A stretch of DNA of 64,000 bases from NCBI GenBank assembly GCA_965113315.1, contig OZ220382.1; one strand, written 5' to 3'. This stretch comes from Podarcis vaucheri (lineage: Eukaryota). The notes beneath the pieces are model-generated. The model did no database searches. It was not told the origin of the DNA and saw only the letters and a list, made by a program, of their open reading frames with translations. Made by a program: the position numbers and the translations under genes. Positions 1 to 12,869 of this stretch are shown here, one piece after another; the first letter of the stretch is position 1, and every line of letters begins with the position of its first letter.

Positions 1-210
1 TACTGTTTTCTTGGCAGCAACCCTCTGTTGAACGCTCTAAATTAAAGGGTGAGTGGGGGAAATCAATCCAGCCTCTCACCATTTATGTAGTTACGGGAAA
101 GGCACGTTCTTATTAAAACATCTAGGGCACCTTTCTGCAATACTGTCCTTCTTATGTTTTAGACTCTACAGTTCCCATTATCCCTGACTATTCCTGAGCT
201 TAGGTGGTGC

Positions 211-346
211 TAGAGATCAAGGAGAAATTAGATTCATTTCACATCTAAAGGCAAACCTATCTGATTTGCACTTTCTTAACCAATATCCAAAATGAAACAC
301 AGTCATCCTTTTGGAAATTGCACTTCTCCAAATTTGTAATGCCAAG

Positions 347-390
<44 letters not shown>

Positions 391-677
391 TCTGTGTGCG
401 CGCAATACACACACACACATGGGTAAAGTATGTATATAAATGCATGTGTCACTACATCATATTAGGGTAAGGGGAATTGCTTTACTGATAGGTGTGCATT
501 AAACAGAATTACATACGCAAGGTGCATATTAAGAAAAATTCATTAAAATGATGAATTTTCAAGAGGACTTTTCAAATAAGAATCTGGAAACAGATGTTAT
601 AATGTGGAAAAATGAACTTAAGATTGGAAAAATAAGATACTGAGAGAAACCAAAATCAACAGATTCCCCCATCCCTT
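211..677. mobile_element. Non-autonomous hAT-like DNA transposon (TAGGGATG-type termini), inserted into a small palindromic MITE
   Basis: Ends TAGAGATC...CATCCCTT; degenerate 8-bp TSD GGTGGTGC/GCTGGTGT (6/8); internal sequence (GGAGAAATT..TTCACATCTAAAGGCAAACC..TTTGCACTTTC) recurs at 3864, 9997, 42815 and inverted at ~33984. Confidence 0.7.
349..419. repeat. (CT)n plus (AC)n microsatellite
   Basis: Direct reading of dinucleotide runs. Confidence 0.95.
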
Positions 678-3664
678 GCTGGTGTTCTTGGGAGTTGAGT
701 CCTAAACATGTGATTACCATAAGTTTGGGGAAGGTTGATCTAAGGATATAGGTAGTCCTAGCTACAGATCAGCTTTTCCTCCAACTTGCTTACCTTCACC
801 AAGTATCCCTTCTCCCAGCTTGCCAAGAACCAGATCTAAAAACATATTACAAAATTTAGCTTTTCTTGATGCAGAGTTTGAAATCACATGGGTGAAAAAT
901 TGTTTAGGACCACATGCACACAGCCCTTGTATTATGTGTGTGTGTGACAGAGAGAGAGAGAGAGCTGAGGTCTCCACTATGCTGCTGGGCTACAACTCCC
1001 CTCACCCCTCACCACCAGCCATGCTTGCTGGAGCTGAAGGAAGATGGACACCTAAAGTGCCTCAGGTTCCCCATTCTGATCTAGTGGCTAAAGGACTTTG
1101 TCTTGTTCTTGCTGAGAATAATGGCCAATCTCCTCAAATGTGTTTGCTCATACTACCTTTTCTTGCGACAGAATTATCTTTTGGCAACAACTACACTCAA
1201 GTTTGGAGGCAGGAAATGTATATACCCTAACATAGCAATAGATTAAAAAGATGGGGGTATCACAGATAGGAGATAGGTAAAGTCTTTCAATGCTTCGATT
1301 CCCAGCAAAGTGCTGAATATTGCAGGAAGTAAAGATTGTGACTTCCAAATGCTGGCAATTTGGCCAATCTCCAGTTCTAAGTTTATAGATAAAAACCTAT
1401 AATTGCCATGAGAGTGGGGAGAAAGCAAGGAGAAAGAGGTGTGAGTTAAGGACCATCTGGCTCCCCAACTGCAGGGAAGAAGATTAGATAGCATGGATTA
1501 TTAAAAACTCTCAGCCCCTCTATAATTAAATAGCTGGAGCAAGTTTGTATTGATGATACCCCACCATACCTACTAAGTCCTGGTAAAAGCTACCTCCCAA
1601 CACACACACACACTTTTAAATGCCCAGCTGTGTGATTATTATCCTAGGCACAGGACATAATTTAGAAACCAGAGACCAAACTGACATGTCGTACAATTAA
1701 AATATACTTCAGCTGCAATAGTATAAAGCCAGTAATTCCATTTTGACTTCTGGGTGGTAAGTCAGCAGACAGATGAATAAATACAGTGAAGGTAACAAAA
1801 TGTTAAAAGGGTACAGAAATGATTTTTCCCCCTTTACACTAGCATTCAGTAATTCAGGGAAATGTTTTGGAGCCAAGAAATGTCCTTTGTTAAATTCATA
1901 GTAGCTCTCTTAATTAAATGACATTGATTATCCAGGTCAAAATAGTATTTTTTTTTCTTGTTAAAAAAAAGTAGGAGACAGGAAGTTGGTTTCTACATTT
2001 TGGATATATAAGGGGATAGATATGAAGAATGAGCCAGATGTCTTTTGAAAAACAGAGCTCTGTACAACTTCCCTCCACATTCCTAAATCTTGACAATTTC
2101 ATACTAGAGTTCAATGTGTACTTTTAGCTCAATCAGATAATTGAGTTTAAATTGAAAATGGATTCAGAATTCCCAAACACACCAAGAGAAAGGGCTCAAT
2201 CAACAAAAAGATGCCTTTGAGCTTTGCTTCAAAACATTGGCAATTTCCAAACATATGAGAACATTTTAATTACAACCTTTGCCATCAAAATATTTCCAGT
2301 GCTGCCTTTAGTTCTTTGAATTATCATCATCTTCTCCAAAACAGCGTTAAGAAAATGATGTGAAATTTAACATGTTTGCAAACCATGTGACCCCACCACT
2401 GGGATTCACTTTCCACCCAGTTTAGTTCTAAACCATTATTTACCATGTCACTGCAAAGATGAAAAAGTAACTAGGGTGGGTGAGAAATATAAATATTCTG
2501 ATTCAGCCTTGTGGAAACCTCTATGAAATTAACTGGTCTTTGTTGACCTGAATCTACATTGATCTTCTAAACATTATTAAATTGAACATTCTGTATGGTT
2601 CAAGGGCAGTTTCCTTTTGTCAGTGGCTTGCTGCTCTGCAGCGGCCTCTGGTGTTGCATTTAAATAACACATTTTAATGTTATAAACGGCAAGTGTAGAT
2701 CCGTCCTTGGTGTAGAAACCTCTGACTTTTGCATACCTTAGATGTAGCCTACTGGGCATAGCTAAGAGTCTGGCTGCTTTTACGCCTGACCCCATGCAGC
2801 ACTAATAAGCACCCACCCAGCCACCCCTGAATGTTGTTCATGAAGGAATGTGGTCCATAGGATGGAAATGTTTCCACAGCCCTGCTGTAAGCAGCAAAGG
2901 GGAAACAGCTTTTTACCTTTGGGAAAGTGGGAAGAGTGTAAAGCTGCCATGAATTGAAAGTAAGAAGTGTGACTTTGCCATTAAGTTATATTTAAAGTGC
3001 CAAAAGGTGAGGAGGTTCACACTCAGTTATTACTGACTGCTAGCGCAGAGGAAAAGAGGAAGAAAACAATAAACATTTTGCTCAGCAAGCTCTCCAACTA
3101 CTGCTGCTGTTTTTAAAGCAGATTGTGCTTGGGGAATTGGATTATCTCAGGACAGATTTAAAATGGCACCAAAGCCGAGTTGCATCCATAATACTCCCGC
3201 ACTCTGTGCCCCTTCTGTGGGTAGAATTTACATCTCTATTCATTAACCTTGTTTGTAAACCATGTTTTTGTTTTGTTTTAATAAATGATACTGATTTTAC
3301 AAGCTTGCACCACTTCTCCTCATTACAGAGATTCTAAATGACTTAAAGCTGCCCCTTGCCGTTCTCTGGGGATTGCTAATAACACAACCACTCCAGAATG
3401 TAATTATCCTCATTCCCACAGCCAAATGAAAGAAACTTCTAAAACCTTCACTTTCAAGTTAAGGCTCGGCGGAATGAAGAGTTTAGAAGTTCCTTTAAAG
3501 TTATTTTGCTCAGTAGACAAAGGTTATTCATTTTTATTAGAACAATCTCATTACACAATGAGCTGACTCAGCTTTGTTCTTTAGTAGATATAATGTAGAT
3601 TATGAAAATCAGGAGGACACATGCCACAGCAGCTATTGGCTTAAGAACAAGTTATAGAAAGTGC

Positions 3665-3723
3665 GCTCTCTCTCTCTCTCTCTCACTCTCTCTCTCGTGT
3701 GTGTGTGTGTGTGTGTGTGTGTG
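3665..3723. repeat. Compound (CT)n(GT)n microsatellite
   Basis: Direct reading. Confidence 0.95.
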
Positions 3724-3863
3724 GTAGCTGCTGCAAAGGCTTTGATAGTTCATCCCAGAATAACTATGCTAGACCATGTCTTGTGGTGCTTAACAATATT
3801 TTAACTCAGGGGTGAGAAAACGCAAGCTAAACGCAGACCTCTAAAGCTCAATTTCTGACCATC

Positions 3864-4259
3864 TAGGGATGGGGGAGAAATTTTATTCAGTTCACATTTA
3901 AAGGCAAAACTGCCTTATTTGCACTTTCCAAAAGAGTGCAAGTATTAAAATGCAGAGAATTTGTATTTCTGCAAATTTTGTGATGCTGTTCTCCAACCAA
4001 ACATTTACAATAATGCATCTGTTTAGGTGGAAATGTACATGCAAATTACTGTATCAGTGAAAATAACATTCAAAAATGCATTAAAATGTGTGCATTAGTC
4101 AAAACTGCATGCAATAATGTATTTAGTAGGAGAAATTCTAAAATGCTGACAAATTTTCATGGGGATTAAGAAATGGCTAAGGAAACATGGGGAATTAAAT
4201 TTAAGGTTGGGAAAATGAGAAATTTGGGGGAGCAAAATGGACAGATCCATCCATTCCTA
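3864..4259. mobile_element. Non-autonomous hAT-like element, same family as 211-677
   Basis: Termini TAGGGATGG...CCATTCCTA; collinear similarity to 211-677. Confidence 0.7.
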
Positions 4260-4895
4260 CGCAGGACTCTAGGCCACAACCGTCACCAGCCCTGCTCTGT
4301 GTTGTCCTTGAGTGCTTTTGCCTGGTTGAAATGCATCCTTGAATGGTGACAATTCACTTTTCTTGCCTAGGTTGAGAGGGTGTACATGAGTGGCCAATGA
4401 CTGGGTGTGACTGACCACAAAGAAGAATGGCCACAAGGATTACCACATTTTGTGGGGCTTGCTTGCTAGCCTAGGGCACCATATCAAGTGTAGGAATATG
4501 CACCACCATAAACAGATGTGGCCTTGACCAGTAACATGATGCAGTATTGAGAAATGGGGAAGGTAGAAGTCGGTGCGGAATTAGTGCTTCATGGTCTTTG
4601 AAATATCTTGTACGGAGTGTTCTCTTTATTTCTTCGTATCATCAACACAAGTTGATCAATGATAACCACCCCATAAGCCACTTAGAGGTTTTACAGTTAA
4701 GCAGTATATAAGTTTTGTAAAATAAATTAATGAATGTGGAATGTGTACCATTCAACCTGGCCAACCATTATATCACTGACACAGTGCAAAGATGATTGTG
4801 CTCTTTTCTGAATGTTTCTGAAAGTTTTTGTTGGTTGGTTGCAACCGATGGTTTAAAAATCCACATAACATATAATTTGATCAATAATTGGAATA

Positions 4896-5121
4896 CAGTG
4901 GTACTTGGGTTACATACGCTTCAGGTTACATACGCTTCAGGTTACAGACTCTGCTAACCCAGAAATAGTACCTCGGGTTAAGAACTTTGCTTCAGGATGA
5001 GAACAGAAATCGTGCGGCGGCAGCGGGAGGCACCATTAGCTAAAGTGGTATCTCAGGTTAAGAACAGTTTCAGGTTAAGAATGGACCTCCGGAATAAATT
5101 AAGATCTTAACCCGAGGCACC

Positions 5122-5125
<4 letters not shown>
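4896..5125. mobile_element. Tc1/mariner-pogo (Tigger-like) MITE, CAGTGGTACCTCGGGTT family
   Basis: TIRs CAGTGGTACTTGGGTTA / TAACCCGAGGCACCACTG; TA on the left; further copies at 31499, 38261, 47014. Confidence 0.85.

Positions 5126-5164
<39 letters not shown>
5124..5164. repeat. (TG)n microsatellite
   Basis: Direct reading. Confidence 0.95.
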
Positions 5165-5166
<2 letters not shown>

Positions 5167-5904
5167 AACAAGCTTTTGTCACTTTTCATTATTACCCCTG
5201 AATTGCAGATTAGATAGGTCTGAGCTTCTTTGTGCATTATTGAGAAAAGAGGTGCAAGGGCACAGCCAAGTGTGGGGAGGTAAAGTCATATTTTCGCCAC
5301 TTCAAACCCTATGACTCCTGGCAAGTGAACTTCTGGAGTGGGAACCGTGTTAAATCTGTGTGGGTGCTTCCAGTGTGATTGAAAGCCAACGTTCTTGATC
5401 ACATGGGGAGGCTCTACTGACGCAGCAGGGCGCCTACTGCAAAATTTCACTTTCATCAGAAAATTTGCACAACCAAAGGGACAGGGCCATAGCTGCATCC
5501 CTGCAACACCTATATGCTCTCTTCTCTTAGGTTGATAATGCTAAGGGCTTATGAGAAAGCAGCCTTTCTGACAGCCAAATTAGACAGGGTGCCATTCACA
5601 CAGTTATGAGAAAAGGAGAAAAACTGGAAAGCCACACAGCGTCATGATTTAACATTTTAATTATAAAAAGCTTAAAATGCCTAAAAAGTGAGCAATGAAA
5701 TATAATATTCCTAATGCATTTCAAGTGAACTTCTTCTATTAGAAGACTCAACTGGAAAAGAAATATGACAAACCATGTTTAGCACAATATGGAATGAACA
5801 ATGCAGGAAAATCTGTCAACGTGTTAAATAGAAGGAAAGGGTTTTTAATTAAATGTACTAAAATATCTGGAACTTCCCAATGAAGGGTTACATTAGCGTC
5901 ATGA

Positions 5905-6000
5905 TCTACATTGTTAGACTACAACTCCCATCATCCCTGACCACTGGACATGCCAGCTGGGAATGATGGGAATTGTAGGTCACCAACATCTGGAGACCAC
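5905..6000. mobile_element. Short palindromic MITE (ACTACAACTCCCATCAT...ATGATGGGAATTGTAG family)
   Basis: Internal inverted repeat; related copies at ~965, 12520, 16580, 18770, 21380, 30730, 48368, 50270, 50750, 55135. Confidence 0.7.
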
Positions 6001-7022
6001 CATCTCATTACCTATGATCTATATGCATGTTTCACAAATCACTACAATAGCACATTTCATAATGAAATGTGATTTGCCTATTTCTTATTAAGTTTGTCCC
6101 AGTTTTCTGACTCTTGTCTTACAACTCCTAATCTTTCTGTCCATTCAGTCTCACAACACATTGAGAGCTGAGAAATCTTTGCAAAATGAAGGACGGATTG
6201 CTTTCAAGATCTGGGAAGCTTCAGATATGTTATTTTAACCTATTTCTTTTCTCCTCCTTGCAGAATGACAAATGGTTTAGCGGTGAAAGAGCCAACTGTC
6301 AAATGAATTATATTACAAGCTTTAAGCCTGTAGCATCTCTGAAGCTCCTCTAAAGTAAGTTCCTTGAGGACCATGGTCATGGTTGGTTATGCATCCTATA
6401 CCATGTGAAATTATCTAAGAGTTCCTGTCCATAAACACCTTTGACTTCTATAAATCCTCAGAGATTTTATTTAATCTTCTCTGTGCTTTCCAGATGTACA
6501 GAATACATTTTTATACATGGATTACCTCTTTCTTTTTAGCCCCCACCCCAGTTTATGAATAAAACTACACACAGTTCTCATTCTCTGTAATGTATGCATT
6601 TAACCTGTTGGTATCAATCTAGTAAGCTCTTTTTTAATTATTATTAAACAAAACAGTTCTGTTCCATGTTAAGTGTGGATGTATGCCAGGAGAAAAACTG
6701 CAGAAACACCAACCCCCCACCTCTCTCTCTATATATATATATATATACTCTCTCAGCAACTTCCAATCATTTGCTTAACCAGCGAAACAATAGTTCTACC
6801 AGTCAGCTTTAACATCTCAACCTAGGAGTTTGAATTTAAGCTGTGCTCTTTTTGCTGCACTATATCATCACTGGTTCACAGAGCAACTGAAAGCAAAAAC
6901 CTAATTGGGAAAAATTGCAGAGATGTAGATTCAACAGAAATACACTGTCTAGGGAGACAACTATGGTGGCCCCAACTAGAAAAAAAGAAGGAAGAGTTTT
7001 TTGAGCATGGTGGAAGCCCTCT

Positions 7023-7035
7023 ACACACACACACA

Positions 7036-7076
<41 letters not shown>
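7023..7076. repeat. (AC)n microsatellite
   Basis: Direct reading. Confidence 0.95.
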
Positions 7077-7077
<1 letters not shown>

Positions 7078-7254
7078 ATCACCTGAGAGGAAGAGCAGGT
7101 ATCAACCTGATAACTCAGGTTCTAAGTCATATGTAGAGCCTAGACAGGGTTTCAGACAGATGACATTGTCAGCCGTACCTCAAGATGCTGGAGATTAAAA
7201 TTGTCACCTTTTTCACTTTACCACTGAGCTATACCTTTTCCCTAAAGCATATGA

Positions 7255-7443
7255 AAATAGGCGGCTGTTTTATGCTGCCTTTGTCCACCTAGCTCAGTAC
7301 TGTCTAGAGTCTAGACAGCACTGTCCAGACTGTCTGGCAACGGCTTTCCAGGGTTTTAGCAGGATTCCTATCTGGAGATGTCAAGGATTGAATATGGGAC
7401 CTTCTGCAGGCAGAGAAGATGCTCTAGTACTGAGCTACAGCCC
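7255..7443 (-). mobile_element. tRNA-derived SINE with CR1-like tail (likely Squam3 family)
   Basis: Minus strand starts GGGCTGTAGCTCAGTACTAGAGCATC (A box) with a B-box-like TTCAATCC; similar to 44661-44853. Confidence 0.7.
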
Positions 7444-8699
7444 TTGCCTGTAGAACTTGCACCAATGATTGGAGGGCCATGTGGCAATGACATGGTGGGG
7501 TGGGGGCAGTCTGGAAGGCCCCACTCTTTGCCTCATGTTGGGGGTAAACATCTGTACAAGACTAGAGTGTAAACAAATATCTATGCACTTGGGAAACACC
7601 TTTAAAACCTGCTGTAATTGGTGTAACCATTCTGATAGATACCTGTGATATTTGAAAACCTCTCAATACCACCACAATTGTGGATTTAAGGGAGAAGTTG
7701 ACCATCCCCAAAATAAGGTTTGCATCAAAACAGACTTACACAAATTAAGAGGGAGAGTCACTCTAGGAAGCAGGTGATTGCTGTTTACCAAGGAGAACTT
7801 GAATCGGCTGTCAAAACCCCTCAGGCTAGATGTTCCTTTTCTGACTTTTTTCTGACTTCATGGGGAAACAGATGTTATGTAGAATGTTTGCTTGCATTTC
7901 CTGTGAGGTGACAGGTGTGCTACCCTAGCAGTTGCATTGTCTACATGCTGCCTGTCCACAGCCAGTATTGGGTTTTATAGGAAACCTATTGCTGATTTGG
8001 AAAGGAATAATGGGCAATAATAAAAATAAAAACAGAAAAATGGAAGTGCCAAGAACTGTGTTGTCTCAGCTGGAATATCCTTTCTAATAAAGATTCAGAT
8101 CCTTTACAAGAAAGGAATTGTTGCTCCTGTTTTCACAAGAGTTTATTTAACCAAGTCACACATTTCAAAAGTCAGTATCTGACTTATGGTTCATTCCAGT
8201 GGGCCACTAACTAGAATGCAGTGTGAAACAGGTAGATAAAAGAGTGCAGATTTGCCAATAGGACGGGGGGGGGACCTTTTCAGCCTGGGGGCCACATACC
8301 CTCTTGTCAAACCTTCCAAGTGTTGCATGCCAGTGATGGGTGGAGCCAGATGCAAAATGTGGGTGTAACCAGAGGCAAAAGAGAGAGCAACAAATGTGTC
8401 ATACGCCAGTTATGCAGGACTAGCATACAGTACACATACGTACGCAAACCCACAAATACAACCTCTCCATCTTCCATTCAGGGAAACATCTGGAGGGCAA
8501 CAGTTCAGAATTAGACTGCATGATTAACTGGGGCCAACAATTTAGATTACATTATTGCTGCGTTAAGCCATTTTCATTAGCTACTGGTTTGTTTTCAGGT
8601 TTAATTCAAAGTGCTGCATTTCCTTCTCACGTAAACAAACAAACAAACAAACTAAATGCTGTGGGATCTTAAAACAAGGGTATTGTCTGAAGTCAACTG

Positions 8700-8840
8700 A
8701 GACCTTCACCTTGCTGGAGTAAAGCAGGCCTGAGGCCAATCTACACCTGGATGGGTGATTGGCAAGTACATATACACTGCCTTGGGTTCCATGATGGAAA
8801 AAAATGTGAGCTGTAAATGTAAGAAAATAAATAAGTAAAT
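8700..8840 (+). mobile_element. Degenerate 5S-rRNA-derived SINE-like fragment with AAAT-rich tail
   Basis: AAGCAGGCCTGAGGCC..ACCTGGATGGGTGA resembles the 5S internal control region; tail GTAAATGTAAGAAAATAAATAA. Confidence 0.4.
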
Positions 8841-9996
8841 GAACAGCTATCTCAAAAGAGAGAGACATAGGATTCATTTTTCTGATGGATCTGAAACAGT
8901 CAGTCCCAGCAGAATTTAACTGAGCCTTGAAAAGTGCGCGGAACTGAGAGTGAGGTACAGCATCACATGTCCAACTTCCCCCTTCAGCTCTGTGTCCTTT
9001 TCAGTGGTGAAAAAGATAAGCACTCTCATGACAAAGGGGAACAGTGGTGCTGATGCAGGCTCAGAGGCTTCATGGGGACCAGGGAAAGACCTCAAAGGTG
9101 TCATTGCACCTATGGGTGTGACCCCCTGTGTCATGGAGTGGCCTGCAAATGCCACAGATAAATGGTCCTTATTCTGTGTCCATTTAAAGCAGACCCATAT
9201 GGTAAAAATCTGTTTCTGGCTCTGGGTACATTTTCGGACTGCATCTCACTGTGTTACTTTTTGTAGCCTCCCTCCCGTTTCACCCCCTTTTTGACAGATT
9301 TTTTTTATTATTTTGAAAGCAAAGCTAAAATAGCCTTACAACATCTAATCAAGCATCCAATGAGTTTGCTTTTGGGTTTTCATTATACTCCCCCCAATAA
9401 CTACCACAATAAAGAGCAACATTTTCCTCTCGCAGCTGTGTGGTTGCAATCAAATGTATATTGGACAGGGATATGCAAGGAAAAACTGCCAAATACATGA
9501 GTGATAACTCAGGACATCCAATATCTGAGCAATATTTAGTTTATCTTGCCATAAAACCATGTCCTGAAAATTAAAATAATCATGCAATAATGCCATGGAA
9601 GAGAGAAAGGGAAAAGAGAGGAATTGGGTGATCAAGGGGAAATGCTTCATTTAAACTATGCATTTAGAACTCATGATTTCATGAATAGATTATTTCCAAG
9701 CATTTAGGCATATTGCATCAATATCTTCTATGCTTATACACTTCTGTACAAATAGAACGAAAAATATTCAGTCTTGAATTTCCACACACCCCATGCAATA
9801 ATACTGAAGGGCAAAATCATTTCATAAATCCACTCTGCTTTTAGAGTTCTGAGTGGCAGTAAACTAGTAGACAAATCTTGTATGCTTGTGAGCATTGGCT
9901 AGCAAGTAAATTAATTAATTTTCATGGAAATTACTAACTGCTGTCTTGGAAAAGGTGTTGCCTTCATTCACATTCATGCTGAGGATCATCATTGGC

Positions 9997-10295
9997 TATG
10001 GATGGAATAGAAGTTCGATTCAGTTCTCATCTAGTTTGCACTTTCTTAAACAATACATGAACTGAAACACAGCTATCCTTTGAAATTTGCATTTTGCTGA
10101 ATTTTGTGCTGCAGTTCTCCAGCCAAGTAATGTATGCAGAAATGTGTTATGTTGGGGAGAATTATTTGCAAAACACCATTCATAAATGTATTTTTTATAA
10201 GATATTCACACTAAAACGTTGGTGCTTTGTTTTTTTCTTTAAAAATCATAAATTGTTGCAGAGGTGTGGGAAACTGAATTAAAAGATCTCCCCTA
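9997..10295. mobile_element. Internally deleted hAT-like element (211-677 family)
   Basis: TATGGATGG...CTCCCCTA ends, shared internal motifs. Confidence 0.6.
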
Positions 10296-10616
10296 CGATC
10301 CCTGACTGTTATTTCAAACAACAGCCTCTGGTGGCAGAGCAACATCTCAAGCCAATATTTCTTCAGATGTAATGATGGGTGGGGGCCACGTGAGGCCTTC
10401 CAGCCATCACTACCTTGTCCTCTATACTCTCCCAAGACAATGTCTCCCCAGGTCACACCAGGTCGCATTCTTCATCACACATACACACACACCCCACCGA
10501 GTCCTCTTTCTGAATGAAATGTGTCCTTCAACTGAGATAATGCCTCTTGCTTGCCTAGATGGAGGAGGAAGACATATGTCTGTGATTGTAGAAATGTCTT
10601 GTCTTTTGACTGAGTG

Positions 10617-10795
10617 CTATAGGAGCCAATTCCTAGAGGTCGTGGGGGCTTCAGCCCCCACAATAAAATATTTGAGGGGCCTGGGTCCCTGTAAAGGTGA
10701 TGGGCATTGCCATTCAAATGGTGTGTGCGCACCATGTCATACAGGGCAAGGCTTACCTGGGCCTCCACAATATTTTATTCAAAGCACCCCTTGGT
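10617..10795. mobile_element. Degenerate hAT-like MITE
   Basis: Internal palindrome GTGGGGGCTTCAGCCCCCAC; repeated CCACAATA motif; ends resemble hAT TIRs. Confidence 0.4.
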
Positions 10796-12869
10796 GGGTG
10801 CAATGGAAAATTTAAGTTGTAAGTTGCTTTGAACTTCTTTTTTAGGGGGGGGGAGTGCCATTATGTTGTATTTCAATGTTGCAACCCACCCTTGGATCTT
10901 AGGGTGAAGGGCAGGCAATAACTTTAGTAATCATAATAACTATAATCACATCCATTGTTCTGCCTATGGCCTGACCTACCACTGGAATGTGGGTCTTCGA
11001 AGGTTGCCCACAAGGGAATGTGGCCCTTTCACTCCTCTGCCTGAAACCACCACTTGAACAAATTCTGATTTGCAACCAGCTTCTAACTCTGGTCTCAAAT
11101 CTTGGCATAGTGGACACTCAAGCCCATGTGAAGAACCTTCCCTATGCATAGAAACATAGCATGTTCTGGAGAGGCCTTCTTCACAAATGGAGAGAATGCT
11201 GCTGCATTCAAGCCTGCTTACAGGCTTCCCACGGGCATCTGGTTGGCCACTATGAGAACAGGACCCTGGACTAGATGGGCCTTTGATAAAGGGGCAAGCT
11301 CTTCTTTTGATCTTATGAGAACATGGCAGGCTCATATGGAACACAGCTGAAGGAAAGCACTAGCAACATTATTTGCTCCCAATATACATTCATAGATCCC
11401 CAGGAGCTAAAGACTCCCCTAAATTTCCACCTGAACATTTGATAGGATATTTTCTATTCCTATTCCCAGTGTTATCTGCAGAGAATTTTATTTAGAGGTC
11501 AAAGGGGGGGGGGGAGAATGTGAGAGGGAGGGAGAGAGTGCAATCTCAAAGTAGAAATAAGCATACAGCCAATGAATCCTCAGAGAAAAATCCACATGCA
11601 ATTAAACCTTCTCTGTGCTGTGATATATATAGTTCTCTAGGTTAGCATTTCTGGGCTTGTAATGCTAGACTTCTTTTATAATAAAACAAAAAATAAAAAT
11701 TCATTTAATTACACCATATGTAGAGCTTATAAAGTGAAAGCTGGTTATAAATATATAATGCATGAACTGGTATTTTCTCAAAGCTGCCAATGCACACTGG
11801 CGGTATAATCAAGAACTCTGCAAACTACAATAATGATAACCAAAGATCTATATCTAACTTGCTGATTCCCTATTAAACCAGTGACCGTTATTGTGCTTTG
11901 TGTGTTAACACATGGTACCATCAAAAGGCAGTTTAAAAAAAATGTATTTAAGCCTGAAACTCTTCACTGTTCATTACTCCTGGAAGTGAAAGCAGTAACT
12001 ACTTGACTCGCTCACTATCATTACATTTTTTTTATTACCCATTGTGTGTGTACTGCCATCAGTTTCCACCATCTGTTTCCTTAGGTTTCATTTTTTGCAT
12101 GATGATCCATAAAACTCACATCTTTTTCATCTCTTTTTACATTTGCTAAACCTTCTTTTGCTTAGAAATATGTACACAAATTTTTGATGATCAAAATATA
12201 TTTGTTTTCAAAAGGCAGAAGTCTATGCACTCCAATAGACCAAGAGTAAATCCTATTCATGAAAAGGCACTTCAACAGCTCAACCTCTTTGAAGATCAGC
12301 CTCAGTTGTGTACAATAAACTGTGTGCTTTAAAAGTGGGGGGGGGGCCTGTCACATCCCCACCACCATTATATCAAGTCTCTGTGCACCTGTCCAATGGA
12401 CTATGACTAGCAGAGACTGGGAAATTATTCCAAGCTCATATCAGATTAAGTTGCAAATGATTAAAGTTCTTACAAATAAAACTCCAGAAAAACTCAGTTA
12501 AAGGCTTGACACGTGTAATAGCCCTTTGGACAAATCTGGCACTCCAAATGTTCTTGAACTCCAACTCCTATAAGCCCCAGCCAACATTACCAATGAACCA
12601 TGGGTAATGAGAGTTGTAGTCCAACAACACCTGGCAGACCACAGGTTCCCTATCTTTTCCTTAGGAGAATTGTATCAATCACTGCTGGTCCTGCTGGAAT
12701 TTCTCAGTTAGTGGGAATGACAGACAAAGTTTGGCAACAAGGGCTTGGGGACATAAGGATGGGATTGGAGAAGCCAGAGAATTTGGCGGCCTGAAAAGCT
12801 CATCAGCCACTTAGAAGACTATTTTGGCAGATGAAATGATAAAACACCACCATCCCTTCTTTGGATTCT

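Noticed and set aside
217-977. ORFs with ERERER, CVCVCV or HTHTHT runs (also at 5129 and 6860-7198)
   Set aside because: Translations of microsatellites
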